Below are positions 56,687 to 64,000 of a stretch of DNA of 64,000 nucleotides, in pieces. The notes beneath the pieces were generated by a model. That model was not told the DNA's origin and searched no databases. It saw only the letters and a list, made by a program, of their open reading frames with translations. Numbering within the stretch: position 1 is the first letter of the stretch; each line of letters opens with the position of its first letter. The DNA lies in contig JAJCXO010000162.1 of the NCBI GenBank assembly GCA_029263395.1, positions 8,798 to 72,797 of the forward strand, read 5' to 3'. Origin of the DNA: Acidobacteriota bacterium. GTDB lineage: Bacteria > Acidobacteriota > Thermoanaerobaculia > Multivoradales > J023. Position numbers and translations under genes: made by a program.

Positions 56687-59600
56687 GTTTGCTGAGTCAG
56701 CCCCAACGCGCCAAAGTGGTGCTTGATAATGTGCTGCCCGCACGAGCGCGCACGGGTAATAGTCCACCAACGCCGCTGGTTGAGCAGACCCAAAAGCAAA
56801 CCACGCCTGCCGTGCGCCTTGACGATAATCCGACTGGCAGAGCGCTTGTTTGCTTCTTGCATGGCCCTGCGCAGGAGGGACGCATTGACCGGCACTGGCT
56901 CTGCCGCTCGCGAAATGGCGAGAAAGAACCACGGCTGCCTCCAAGTGTCCGGCTGGTCTGACGGCTCCTCGATCAAGACGGTTTCACCACAGACGTCGAA
57001 GTAAGGCTCGAGGGCCTCTTGCAACTCAGTCCGGAATGGATCCCGATGCTCCCGCATCGTGCGCTCGAGCGCTGCACGGCCTGCCCGCCGATACGAAGCA
57101 GAAGCGAACAGAGTATCTCGGGCAACCTGCACTGCGTCCTCGTCGAGGCCGTAGAGATTGAACAGGAACGTGTCGATCTCATTCCATGGCTTCTCTACAT
57201 TGTGTTGGAGCTGGTGTGCGAGATTCTGCAAGGTGTCTTTCGTCGAAACAGAAAGCTCTGTTACGTCTGGAAACGCCAAGGCATCGAATTCGCTTTTGTT
57301 GAACGTCTGTCGATCGAAGCCGGCACGACGACTCGTCATCAAGCAAAAGTAAGAAAAGAGTGTCGAATGGGGAAGTAGATAAATCAGCGCCGCTAGAGTT
57401 CCTTGGTCTCTGAGCTCAGCACAAGAATAGCCATAGAAGCTCTGAGAAAAAGCGAGCGCCTGGTTAGAAATAAAGGCTCGCGGCTTCTCTGGATCTTCGC
57501 CGGGAGATTGAGGAATAATGACCAGAGGCGGTTGATAGAGATACTTTGTCTTCGGCCAGTATGCGGTGGCGCATCCGGCTTCGTTCATATTGTGCGTACT
57601 GTGGGTTTCTAAGAAGGTCTTGAGACTCTCATAGTGAATCGAGAAGCCTAATTGGGGCGACTCGAAGTTAGGGAGGCTACCAAGGAATTCAGCTGGTTTT
57701 TGCCTCAGCGCTGGCGAGAGATTGTAGCCCTGACCAGTCTTGTCCAACTTTGGATTCCACGCCTTCCATAAGACTCCCAGCTTCTCAGGAAAAGCTTTCT
57801 GAATCTGCTCTACGATCTGCACATCGCGCCAGGTGCCAAGGGAAAGTGCTTTCAACACCCACGGCTGCTCTTCCAAGCGTTCGATGGAGATTGGCCGGGT
57901 CGCTTCATAGTCGACGCGAAAACGCGCATGGTGATGCTGATCCGGTTCATAAAGTGGTGACGCATAGTAAAATCGATGGCCTGGTGGTGTAATGCAATTG
58001 CGTGCGAACAACAAGCAAAAAGGCATATCAACAGCTTCCCACACCGGTGTCTTGCGCAGATCAGCGCCGTTGATCAGGCCGGTAATCGAGAGAGCGCGGA
58101 GTATCGCACGCCAAGCTTCGAAACCTTTCCCTTCAGTTCGGCCGAAGATACGAGCGGGCAGAGCGAAGGCTATAAGCCCATTCTCTTTTTTAGCCCAGAC
58201 GGTCGCCCGCCAGATGAAAGGGAGGTCGGGATTCTTGTCGGGATTTTCGTACACTTCCGCCAGCTCTGGTAAACCACGCTCACGGAGCGCACGGCGTCCG
58301 ATCTCGGTGAACTCCTCATTCAGCGTATCCGAATTGGTTTTGACCCTCTCAGTAGGCTTCTCTTCGGTGCTTTGTGGCTTTCTTTCCCGCAGCCGTGTCC
58401 ACGGCGGGTTGCCGATTACGATGTCAAAGCATCCGTTGAATTCTTGCGGAACGCTCGACCCTAAGCTACCGAGGGTGAAGCGAGATGTGCGACGCGACAC
58501 TTCTTGAGCATCAGCATCGCCAAGCTCCTCTCTGAAGCAGTAGAGCACTTCGTTGCGGAGATCTCGGGGAAACTTGAGTGTCTTGGGTGGTCTCGGCGTG
58601 CCATTGACCTCGATCGCCGTGATGTAGAGCGCTAGCGCGGCGAGACGAAGGGCTGATTCGCTGATCTCGAATCCACGGATCTGGTTGTAGAGGATCCTCT
58701 GGATGACTCGGGTATTAGGTCGCTTGCCATCCGCCTGCCAACGCTCGCTGACGAGTCGACGAAAAGCCAACACGAGAAAGATGCCGGCGCCACATGTCGG
58801 GTCGAGGACCTTGGCCTCGACTGGGTTCTTGACAGCAGAAAAGGTCTGATCCACCATCAACCGTGCGATGGTGCGAGGGGTGTAGTGAATACTGGTGGCT
58901 TGCGCGGAGTGGGGATCAGCACGGTGGCTGAAGCTCTCGTACACCTGGCTGAGCACGCCAACCGGGATGTGTGCAAAGTCGAGGTCCCCCCAGTCCAACG
59001 TCAGCTGCATGGCCTCGCCGGTAGCTTTCCATCCATTCAAGATGGCGTGGAGATGGAGAAAAAACTTGCGCCCGGCACGCTGCTCTGTCGCCTGGTAATA
59101 CCGCTGGTAGGCCTCCTGGCGTGCGACACGATCCCTGGCGGGGATGGATTCGTCGATCAGCTGGAGAAAATCGCCGTTGAAGGTCTCGTCGAGCCAGGCA
59201 GAGGTCTGCGCGGCCTTTTCGGCGTTGGCAAAGGTGTCCTTGAGACCGTCCGCGGCGGGGCAGATGTCCTGCAGCTCCTTATTGAGCACAATCTTGCGAT
59301 CGACAAGAAAACGGAAGAATAGGGCACGGCCAGCCATCGACAAGACGTCGAGCGGTGGCACAAGTGGCTCTTCGCCTGTGCCGACATACTGGTCGATCGT
59401 CTGCTTCAGCAATCCAAAAATTTTCTTGAAGACATAATCCGAGCCCTCGAGTCGTTTGTTCTCCTCGAGAGTGCCGTGAACCAGGCCTTGAAAGAAGAGG
59501 GGCGCTGTTGTCTCATCTTCCTTGATGGTCAACGCCGGATGAAGCGCCGCGTCTTGACCAAAGCCGATAGGGTGGAGTTCTAGCTGACCGGGCCGCGCCA

Positions 59601-59901
59601 CGCCGAGCCAAGCTGGATCACTGCGATTGGCGAGCATCTGCTGAAGCTGGCTGATCCTTGCAGTCGTGGCACTTGCATCACCACAGGCATCTACGAGGTA
59701 AAGCAGCGCCGTACCCTGATGCTCCGCAACGGCATTAACCGGTGCCGAAGCAGAACCCCTTGTCGGCAATAGATCCAGATATTCAATCTGGGCGGGGCTG
59801 GCCAATGGCTCGTCGAGCCGAATAAGGTCGGGGCAACCGTAGGCCCGCATGCGCTCGGTGAGAGGCCGCCCGCTCGCCGCATCTGGTTGCTTGGTTGTCA
59901 T
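56683..59901 (-). CDS. Large (1072-aa) gamma-class N6-adenine DNA methyltransferase, Type IIG/PglX-like
   Basis: Motif X 'SIHYTPRTIARLMVD'. Motif I 'DPTCGAGIFLV'. Motif IV 'NPPW', in gamma order. There is a ~390-aa N-terminal region and a ~500-aa C-terminal (TRD-like) region. No nuclease motif was found within this polypeptide. Confidence 0.85.
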   Translation of the reverse strand: MTTKQPDAASGRPLTERMRAYGCPDLIRLDEPLASPAQIEYLDLLPTRGSASAPVNAVAEHQGTALLYLVDACGDASATTARISQLQQMLANRSDPAWLGVARPGQLELHPIGFGQDAALHPALTIKEDETTAPLFFQGLVHGTLEENKRLEGSDYVFKKIFGLLKQTIDQYVGTGEEPLVPPLDVLSMAGRALFFRFLVDRKIVLNKELQDICPAADGLKDTFANAEKAAQTSAWLDETFNGDFLQLIDESIPARDRVARQEAYQRYYQATEQRAGRKFFLHLHAILNGWKATGEAMQLTLDWGDLDFAHIPVGVLSQVYESFSHRADPHSAQATSIHYTPRTIARLMVDQTFSAVKNPVEAKVLDPTCGAGIFLVLAFRRLVSERWQADGKRPNTRVIQRILYNQIRGFEISESALRLAALALYITAIEVNGTPRPPKTLKFPRDLRNEVLYCFREELGDADAQEVSRRTSRFTLGSLGSSVPQEFNGCFDIVIGNPPWTRLRERKPQSTEEKPTERVKTNSDTLNEEFTEIGRRALRERGLPELAEVYENPDKNPDLPFIWRATVWAKKENGLIAFALPARIFGRTEGKGFEAWRAILRALSITGLINGADLRKTPVWEAVDMPFCLLFARNCITPPGHRFYYASPLYEPDQHHHARFRVDYEATRPISIERLEEQPWVLKALSLGTWRDVQIVEQIQKAFPEKLGVLWKAWNPKLDKTGQGYNLSPALRQKPAEFLGSLPNFESPQLGFSIHYESLKTFLETHSTHNMNEAGCATAYWPKTKYLYQPPLVIIPQSPGEDPEKPRAFISNQALAFSQSFYGYSCAELRDQGTLAALIYLLPHSTLFSYFCLMTSRRAGFDRQTFNKSEFDALAFPDVTELSVSTKDTLQNLAHQLQHNVEKPWNEIDTFLFNLYGLDEDAVQVARDTLFASASYRRAGRAALERTMREHRDPFRTELQEALEPYFDVCGETVLIEEPSDQPDTWRQPWFFLAISRAAEPVPVNASLLRRAMQEANKRSASRIIVKAHGRRGLLLGLLNQRRWWTITRARSCGQHIIKHHFGALGLTQQT

Positions 59902-59985
59902 CGTCGATCCTGGGTTATCCGGTCGTCCGATTGTAGCCGAGCTAGGCCGAATCTGAATCTCAGCGCCCCATTACGGTCCGGCAGT

Positions 59986-60180
59986 CAGCGGCAGCGACAG
60001 TGGCCAGCGGCAGCGACAGTGGCCAGCGGCAGCGACAGTGGCCAGCGGCAGCGACAGTGGCCAGCGGTAGCGACAGTGGCCAGCGGTAGCGACAGTGGCC
60101 AGCGGCAGCGACAGTGGCCAGCGGCAGCGACAGTGGCCAGCGGCAGCGACAGTGGCCAGCGGCAGCGACAGTGGCCAGCG
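59986..60180. repeat. Perfect 19-bp tandem repeat x10 (CAGCGGCAGCGACAGTGGC; two copies carry a C-to-T variant)
   Basis: Read directly. It lies in the divergent intergenic region between the MTase start (59901) and the ECF-like sigma start (60370). It is flanked by CATTACGG / CATTACCG. Confidence 0.9.
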
Positions 60181-60369
60181 CCTGACGCCTCATTACCGCT
60201 TCAGATTAAGTCAGGATCGCAGTAAAGTCAAGCCAGTGATGGCTTTGTGAGATGTTCTGCCGGTTACCAAACTAGACCGGGCGACACAACCGCATGCGAC
60301 GTCAACTTCGGGCAGAGAGGCTTCCTGGGGTGCAGCCCCACGATAGAGGTGTACTAGGCTAGGTGCGTC

Positions 60370-61056
60370 ATGAGCCGCACACCCCAGCGTCAAGCACCCC
60401 AACGTCGGGCAAACCCTGCCAGAGCCCACAGTGACGAAGACATCGAGGATGCGATCCGTGCGCTGACGCCGGGGCATTTCAAGAAGCTGCGGGCCGCCGC
60501 CTACGCGCTGGTGCGCGGCCTCGACCTCGAAACCGCCGGGCGGGGACACGAAGACCTGTACTCCGAGGCTTTGGCACGCACCCTCAGTGGCAGTCGTAGC
60601 TGGCGTCAGGGAGTGGATTTTATGTACCACCTCATCCAAGCGATGCGCAGTATCGCTTGGACCTGGCGCGAGTTCGAGGATCGGCGTGAACGGGCTGGCT
60701 TGGTCGGCGCGCTGGGTGCCGGCACCCCTGAGGGCGGCGAGGACGAGGTAATGGATCCGGTTTCACCCGAGCCCAACATCGAGACCGCGTACCTCACCTC
60801 TCGCGAATTGGCCAGGTTTCATCGCCGGTTCAGTGACGATCGGCCGGCGAGCATTGTGATGCACGGATGGGCGCAGGGGGAGTCGATGCAAGAGATGGCG
60901 CAGCGCTTCGGCATCGCCCTCCAGGACCTACAGTGGGCGGCGCGCCGGATTCGGCGATTTTCGCAACGCGCCGCGCCCGAAGACAGCTGGCAAACAATTC
61001 GACAAGCAGTTCGACAGGCAGGTTCGCGGGATCGAGGAGACACCCATGGCCAGTGA
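60370..61056 (+). CDS. Divergent ECF-like sigma-70 family protein
   Basis: Region-2-like 'GHEDLYSEALARTL…FMYHLIQAMRSIAWTWRE'. Region-4-like 'IVMHGWAQGESMQEMAQRFGIALQDLQWAARRIRRF'. Conservation is weak. Confidence 0.45.
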   Translation: MSRTPQRQAPQRRANPARAHSDEDIEDAIRALTPGHFKKLRAAAYALVRGLDLETAGRGHEDLYSEALARTLSGSRSWRQGVDFMYHLIQAMRSIAWTWREFEDRRERAGLVGALGAGTPEGGEDEVMDPVSPEPNIETAYLTSRELARFHRRFSDDRPASIVMHGWAQGESMQEMAQRFGIALQDLQWAARRIRRFSQRAAPEDSWQTIRQAVRQAGSRDRGDTHGQ

Positions 61057-61474
61057 CCGCAACAACCAGCGACACCAGCTCGAGAGCTTGCTCGACGGCA
61101 TCGTCGAGTCCATCTTGGACGCCCCCGAGGAAGAGATCGACGACGACTTGAAGGCTCTGGGCGAAGACCCGGAGAAGGCCGCGATGGAGTCCCGCCGGCT
61201 CGCCCTCGAAGCCGTTGCGCAGCACCGTACTCAGCGCCGCGAACAAGCTCGTCAGCAATACGAAGACGAACAACAGACCTTCGAAGGCCAGGCATACGAT
61301 CTACCGGAGACACCCCGAGCACGCCTTGCCCTGCTCGTCGCCGCTGTCCATGGCAGGCCACACCTGAGCGGTATGCTCACCGTTGAACATCGCGATCTGC
61401 GCGGACTGCCAGACGAAGACGTGGTCGGCTACCTGCGCCAACTCGCCGAACTCGGGGTGCTCGACGAGCTGTGA
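61046..61474 (+). CDS. Small acidic helical protein (candidate anti-sigma or substrate of the downstream protease)
   Basis: 142 aa, highly acidic, no TM segment. It overlaps the upstream sigma-like gene by 11 nt. Confidence 0.4.
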   Translation: MASDRNNQRHQLESLLDGIVESILDAPEEEIDDDLKALGEDPEKAAMESRRLALEAVAQHRTQRREQARQQYEDEQQTFEGQAYDLPETPRARLALLVAAVHGRPHLSGMLTVEHRDLRGLPDEDVVGYLRQLAELGVLDEL

Positions 61475-61487
61475 GGCCCAACGAGCT

Positions 61488-62609
61488 GTGACCCAACGCT
61501 GGCCTTTCGCGCACTCGGCAGAACGACGCTGGCACGACCCCGCCGCACTGCTGCGCCACCTCGGGATCACCTGCCCTGAGGACATCGATGTCGAGGCGAT
61601 CGCACGTTACTGCAACGCCCGCGTTTCGTATCAATCGCTGAACGGCTGTGCCGGGCGCATCGTCGGTCACCGCGGCCGTGCGGTGATCGTCGTCGACCGC
61701 AACACCCACCCATTTCGCCGACGTTTCACCATTGCCCACGAGCTAGGCCACTGGATGTTCGACCGCGCCGACGTCGCCCACGTCTACACGGAGGACGCTT
61801 GGGGCCAACCTTCCGAACAGCCACCAGCCGCCGACAACGGTCCACATGAGGTTTGGTACGAGGACCGGCCAGAGCAGCGAGCAAACCGCTGGGCCGCCGA
61901 GCTGTTGATGCCCGAAGGATGGTTCGCTCCGGATGCGGCTGGCCGCGAAATCAGCTTCGATACCGTCCGCGACCTGGCCCAGCACTACCGAACCAGTCTC
62001 ACCGCCACCGCTCTGCGTCTCCTCGAACTGGGTTCGACGCCTGCGATGCTGATTCGCAGCTGCCGAGACCAGCCCAATCGGTGGTTCAGGCGCGGCGCTG
62101 GCGTCCCACGGAGTCTCTGGCCACATCCTGAACCCTGGCCCGGCACCGTCGCCTTTGACCTGCTGCACGGCCACTCTCTCCATACCGGTCTCACCGCCGT
62201 AGCCGCCGATGGCTGGATCGACCGCCGAGACGCCTGGTGGTTTCGGGTCAACGAAGACTCGCTGCCCGTGGGAGGCGGCGATGTCCTCACCTTGATCAGC
62301 TGGCCTGACGACGCCCAACTGCGCGCCACCTTCACCCTCGCCGGCACCTGGCTACCGTGGAAGCCGGGAAAAAACGCCCGCGCTCGCTTGCTGAAGTGCC
62401 TGTGTGACAAATGGTCCTACCGTCGCCGACGGGGTCAGCCAGGGGAGACCGTCCTCGAAACCGATCAGCCTACACCCCAGCACCTCACAGTATCGTCAGC
62501 CGAGGCGCTCGACGTCGAAGGCTTCAGACGGCTGGTGGACGAGGTCGCCACACACAAGGGTGTACCGCCGGGAATTGTCCTACGTTCGATGTTGCGGCGG
62601 CCGAAATAA
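61488..62609 (+). CDS. ImmA/IrrE-family (COG2856) HExxH zinc metallopeptidase with ~230-aa C-terminal extension
   Basis: 'RRRFTIAHELGHWMFD' HEXXH context. 'ANRWAAELLMPEGWF' is a downstream Glu. IrrE-like overall architecture. The start is set at the GTG at 61488. The ORF track ATG at 61383 would overlap the upstream gene by 90 nt. Confidence 0.7.
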   Translation: MTQRWPFAHSAERRWHDPAALLRHLGITCPEDIDVEAIARYCNARVSYQSLNGCAGRIVGHRGRAVIVVDRNTHPFRRRFTIAHELGHWMFDRADVAHVYTEDAWGQPSEQPPAADNGPHEVWYEDRPEQRANRWAAELLMPEGWFAPDAAGREISFDTVRDLAQHYRTSLTATALRLLELGSTPAMLIRSCRDQPNRWFRRGAGVPRSLWPHPEPWPGTVAFDLLHGHSLHTGLTAVAADGWIDRRDAWWFRVNEDSLPVGGGDVLTLISWPDDAQLRATFTLAGTWLPWKPGKNARARLLKCLCDKWSYRRRRGQPGETVLETDQPTPQHLTVSSAEALDVEGFRRLVDEVATHKGVPPGIVLRSMLRRPK

Positions 62610-62619
62610 TCCATCACTC

Positions 62620-63060
62620 CGGGCCCAAAAGCCCAATCGACCCTCGATCCGGGTCCCAAGCACCGCCCGGGAGGTCAATCGGCCCTCGATTGGGGTCCCA
62701 TGAGCCACAACAGGCCCAAACGACCATCGATTCGTCCATTCGGCGATCACGCAACCGCCAAACGAGGGTCGATCGGAGGACACAGACCAGAGCCATCGCA
62801 AAAACGAGGGTCGATTAGCCTCTGCGACGACCGTCGAGACTCCAATCGAGCGACGATTGGGGTTCCAACTGTTGCTCGGGACCTCAATCGAGGCTCGACC
62901 CGCCTGCTGGCAGCTCCAGATGGTTCAAACGACCATCGTTTGAGCACTTTCCCAGATAGCGACAGTGACAACGAGGGTCGATCGGGCTGCCGTGCGACGG
63001 CGCAAACTCCAATCGACCCTCGTTCGACTCTAGGGCAGTCTCTCGAGCAGCGATCGACCC
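62620..63060. repeat. Array of ~11 degenerate ~41.5-bp tandem repeats, each centred on a 13-14-bp palindromic core (AATCGACCCTCGAT and variants, both orientations)
   Basis: Cores fall at roughly 62628, 62669, 62710, 62753, 62795, 62836, 62877, 62918, 62960, 63001 and 63043. ORFs exist in several frames on both strands, so the region is probably non-coding. Confidence 0.7.
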
Positions 63061-63324
63061 TCGAATTCAGACACTAAGGGCCAGGCGGTGGCTCGACGAG
63101 CGGCTGGCCGTCATCAAGACCGGCTCTAACTTGGGTTTCGACTTGCATGATGGTCTCCTTTGTTTGAATGTCTGCAGATCGACGGACACGATACCCTGGC
63201 ACCGAGACCTTGCCACGATTGACCAAGGCGGAGCGCCTCGCAGGACAAAGTCCCGCTTGATGGGGACACTCCTAAAGGCGTCAATCCGTAAGGGATTCGA
63301 TCACAGCCTTTGAGTTGTTGCTAC

Positions 63325-63726
63325 TTACAGATCTAGTGAGACGATTTGGCCCGTCAGCAGAAAGTCGCTGATCTCGCCCTCGCCATCAAAATCGCCCTTA
63401 CTGAAGATCACTTCGAAATCGATGTCTTCGACACCCGTCTCGGAATTGACTCGGGCTTCGAAGAAAACCGTTCTAGTGGTGGTCTGGAAGCCAGCATTAC
63501 CCTGGACGATACTCTGCTGAGCTGACAGAGCCTGCACATCAGTACTTTTCGTTGCTTGGATCGAATAGACGAAACCGCTGTTGGCATTACCTGCAGTCTT
63601 GGCGAGGAAGGTGGCCGTGACTTGCAGCGAGTTGCCCTTGGTGATGTTCGCCATCTCGAGGATGGGCGTATCACTGCGACCACCGGTTGCAACGTTCCAG
63701 GTACCACTCTTCTGTACAAATCTCAT
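63325..63726 (-). CDS. Hypothetical beta-rich protein (133 aa)
   Basis: Strong AGGAGGA Shine-Dalgarno upstream of the ATG at 63726. Ser/Thr/Gly/Asn-rich. No family recognised. Confidence 0.45.
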   Translation of the reverse strand: MRFVQKSGTWNVATGGRSDTPILEMANITKGNSLQVTATFLAKTAGNANSGFVYSIQATKSTDVQALSAQQSIVQGNAGFQTTTRTVFFEARVNSETGVEDIDFEVIFSKGDFDGEGEISDFLLTGQIVSLDL

Positions 63727-63806
63727 GAAGATCCTCCTGCTATGCCACGACGTTGCTACCGTCGCGAAGTTGTTGCCACCCAAACACAGTTTAATACATG
63801 GGCGGG

Positions 63807-64000
63807 TCAAAACACCCTTCGACTGCAGCAGCCAATTCCGCGGTGGTCGACGTCCCTCCGAGGTCCGGCGTCGCGACGGCGCCCTCTTCGAGTACCTCCT
63901 CGATCGCGGCCATAACCCTGGCGGCCGCTTCGGCCTCGCCCAGGTGTTCGAGCATCATGGCGCCGGCCCAGATGGCTCCGATCGGATTGGCGATGCCGCG
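63807..64000 (-). CDS. C-terminal fragment of an isocitrate/isopropylmalate/tartrate dehydrogenase-family protein
   Basis: Reverse translation of the window end gives '…GIANPIGAIWAGAMMLEHLGEAEAAARVMAAIEEVLEEGAVATPDLGGTSTTAELAAAVEG…'. That matches the conserved C-terminus of the beta-decarboxylating dehydrogenase family. Confidence 0.6.
   Translation of the reverse strand, partial: RHRQSDRSHLGRRHDARTPGRGRSGRQGYGRDRGGTRRGRRRDAGPRRDVDHRGIGCCSRRVF

Noticed and set aside
59986-60180. Possible CRISPR array or coding repeat protein
   Set aside because: The units abut directly with no spacers. The period of 19 is not a multiple of 3. ORFs across it exist in several frames, so it is a simple tandem repeat.
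62620-63060. Possible CRISPR array
   Set aside because: The repeat cores are short (13-14 bp) and degenerate. They occur in both orientations. The period is only ~41.5 bp. There are no unique spacers of comparable length and no cas genes nearby.

Overview
This is a high-GC (about 65% by eye) bacterial chromosomal window with dense coding on both strands. The taxonomic origin is probably Acidobacteria-like: there is a PadR regulator translationally coupled to an ADOP/FtsX-type permease, and several ECF-sigma/Ser-Thr-kinase-TPR modules. This is an inference, not a database result.

The first ~46 kb is mostly core and envelope functions. These include a NarL-type response regulator, a ParA ATPase, a GAF-PP2C phosphatase and c-type cytochromes (including a di-heme cytochrome c peroxidase). 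Also present are Rrf2 and PadR regulators, a Na+/H+ antiporter, DacB, HflKC, a NupC transporter, glycosyltransferases, a TonB-dependent receptor, a DinG-like nuclease-helicase and a MazEF pair. There are three membrane Ser/Thr kinases with extracytoplasmic TPR domains. Two are paired with ECF43/TIGR02999-like sigma factors and small secreted Cys-rich proteins. The third is paired with an unusual NAD-kinase-like domain fused to a sigma-70 region-4 HTH.

The last ~17 kb is accessory-like. It holds an operon of two caspase-fold proteins: a CHAT protease with an apparent frameshift and a gingipain/C25-like protein whose catalytic Cys appears to be replaced by Ser. It also holds a defence-island-like cluster. 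This is a 1072-aa gamma-class N6-adenine methyltransferase translationally coupled to a PD-(D/E)xK nuclease-like protein. Transcribed divergently from it is a trio: a divergent ECF-like sigma, a small acidic protein and an IrrE/ImmA-type HExxH metallopeptidase with a long C-terminal extension. A perfect 19-bp x10 tandem repeat lies in the shared promoter region. An 11-copy array of degenerate ~41.5-bp palindromic repeats lies just downstream.

Several other repeat-rich, lower-GC intergenic regions (14.7-15.5 kb, 41.9-42.6 kb) contain hairpin and 42-bp tandem repeats. No rRNA, tRNA or CRISPR array was recognised.
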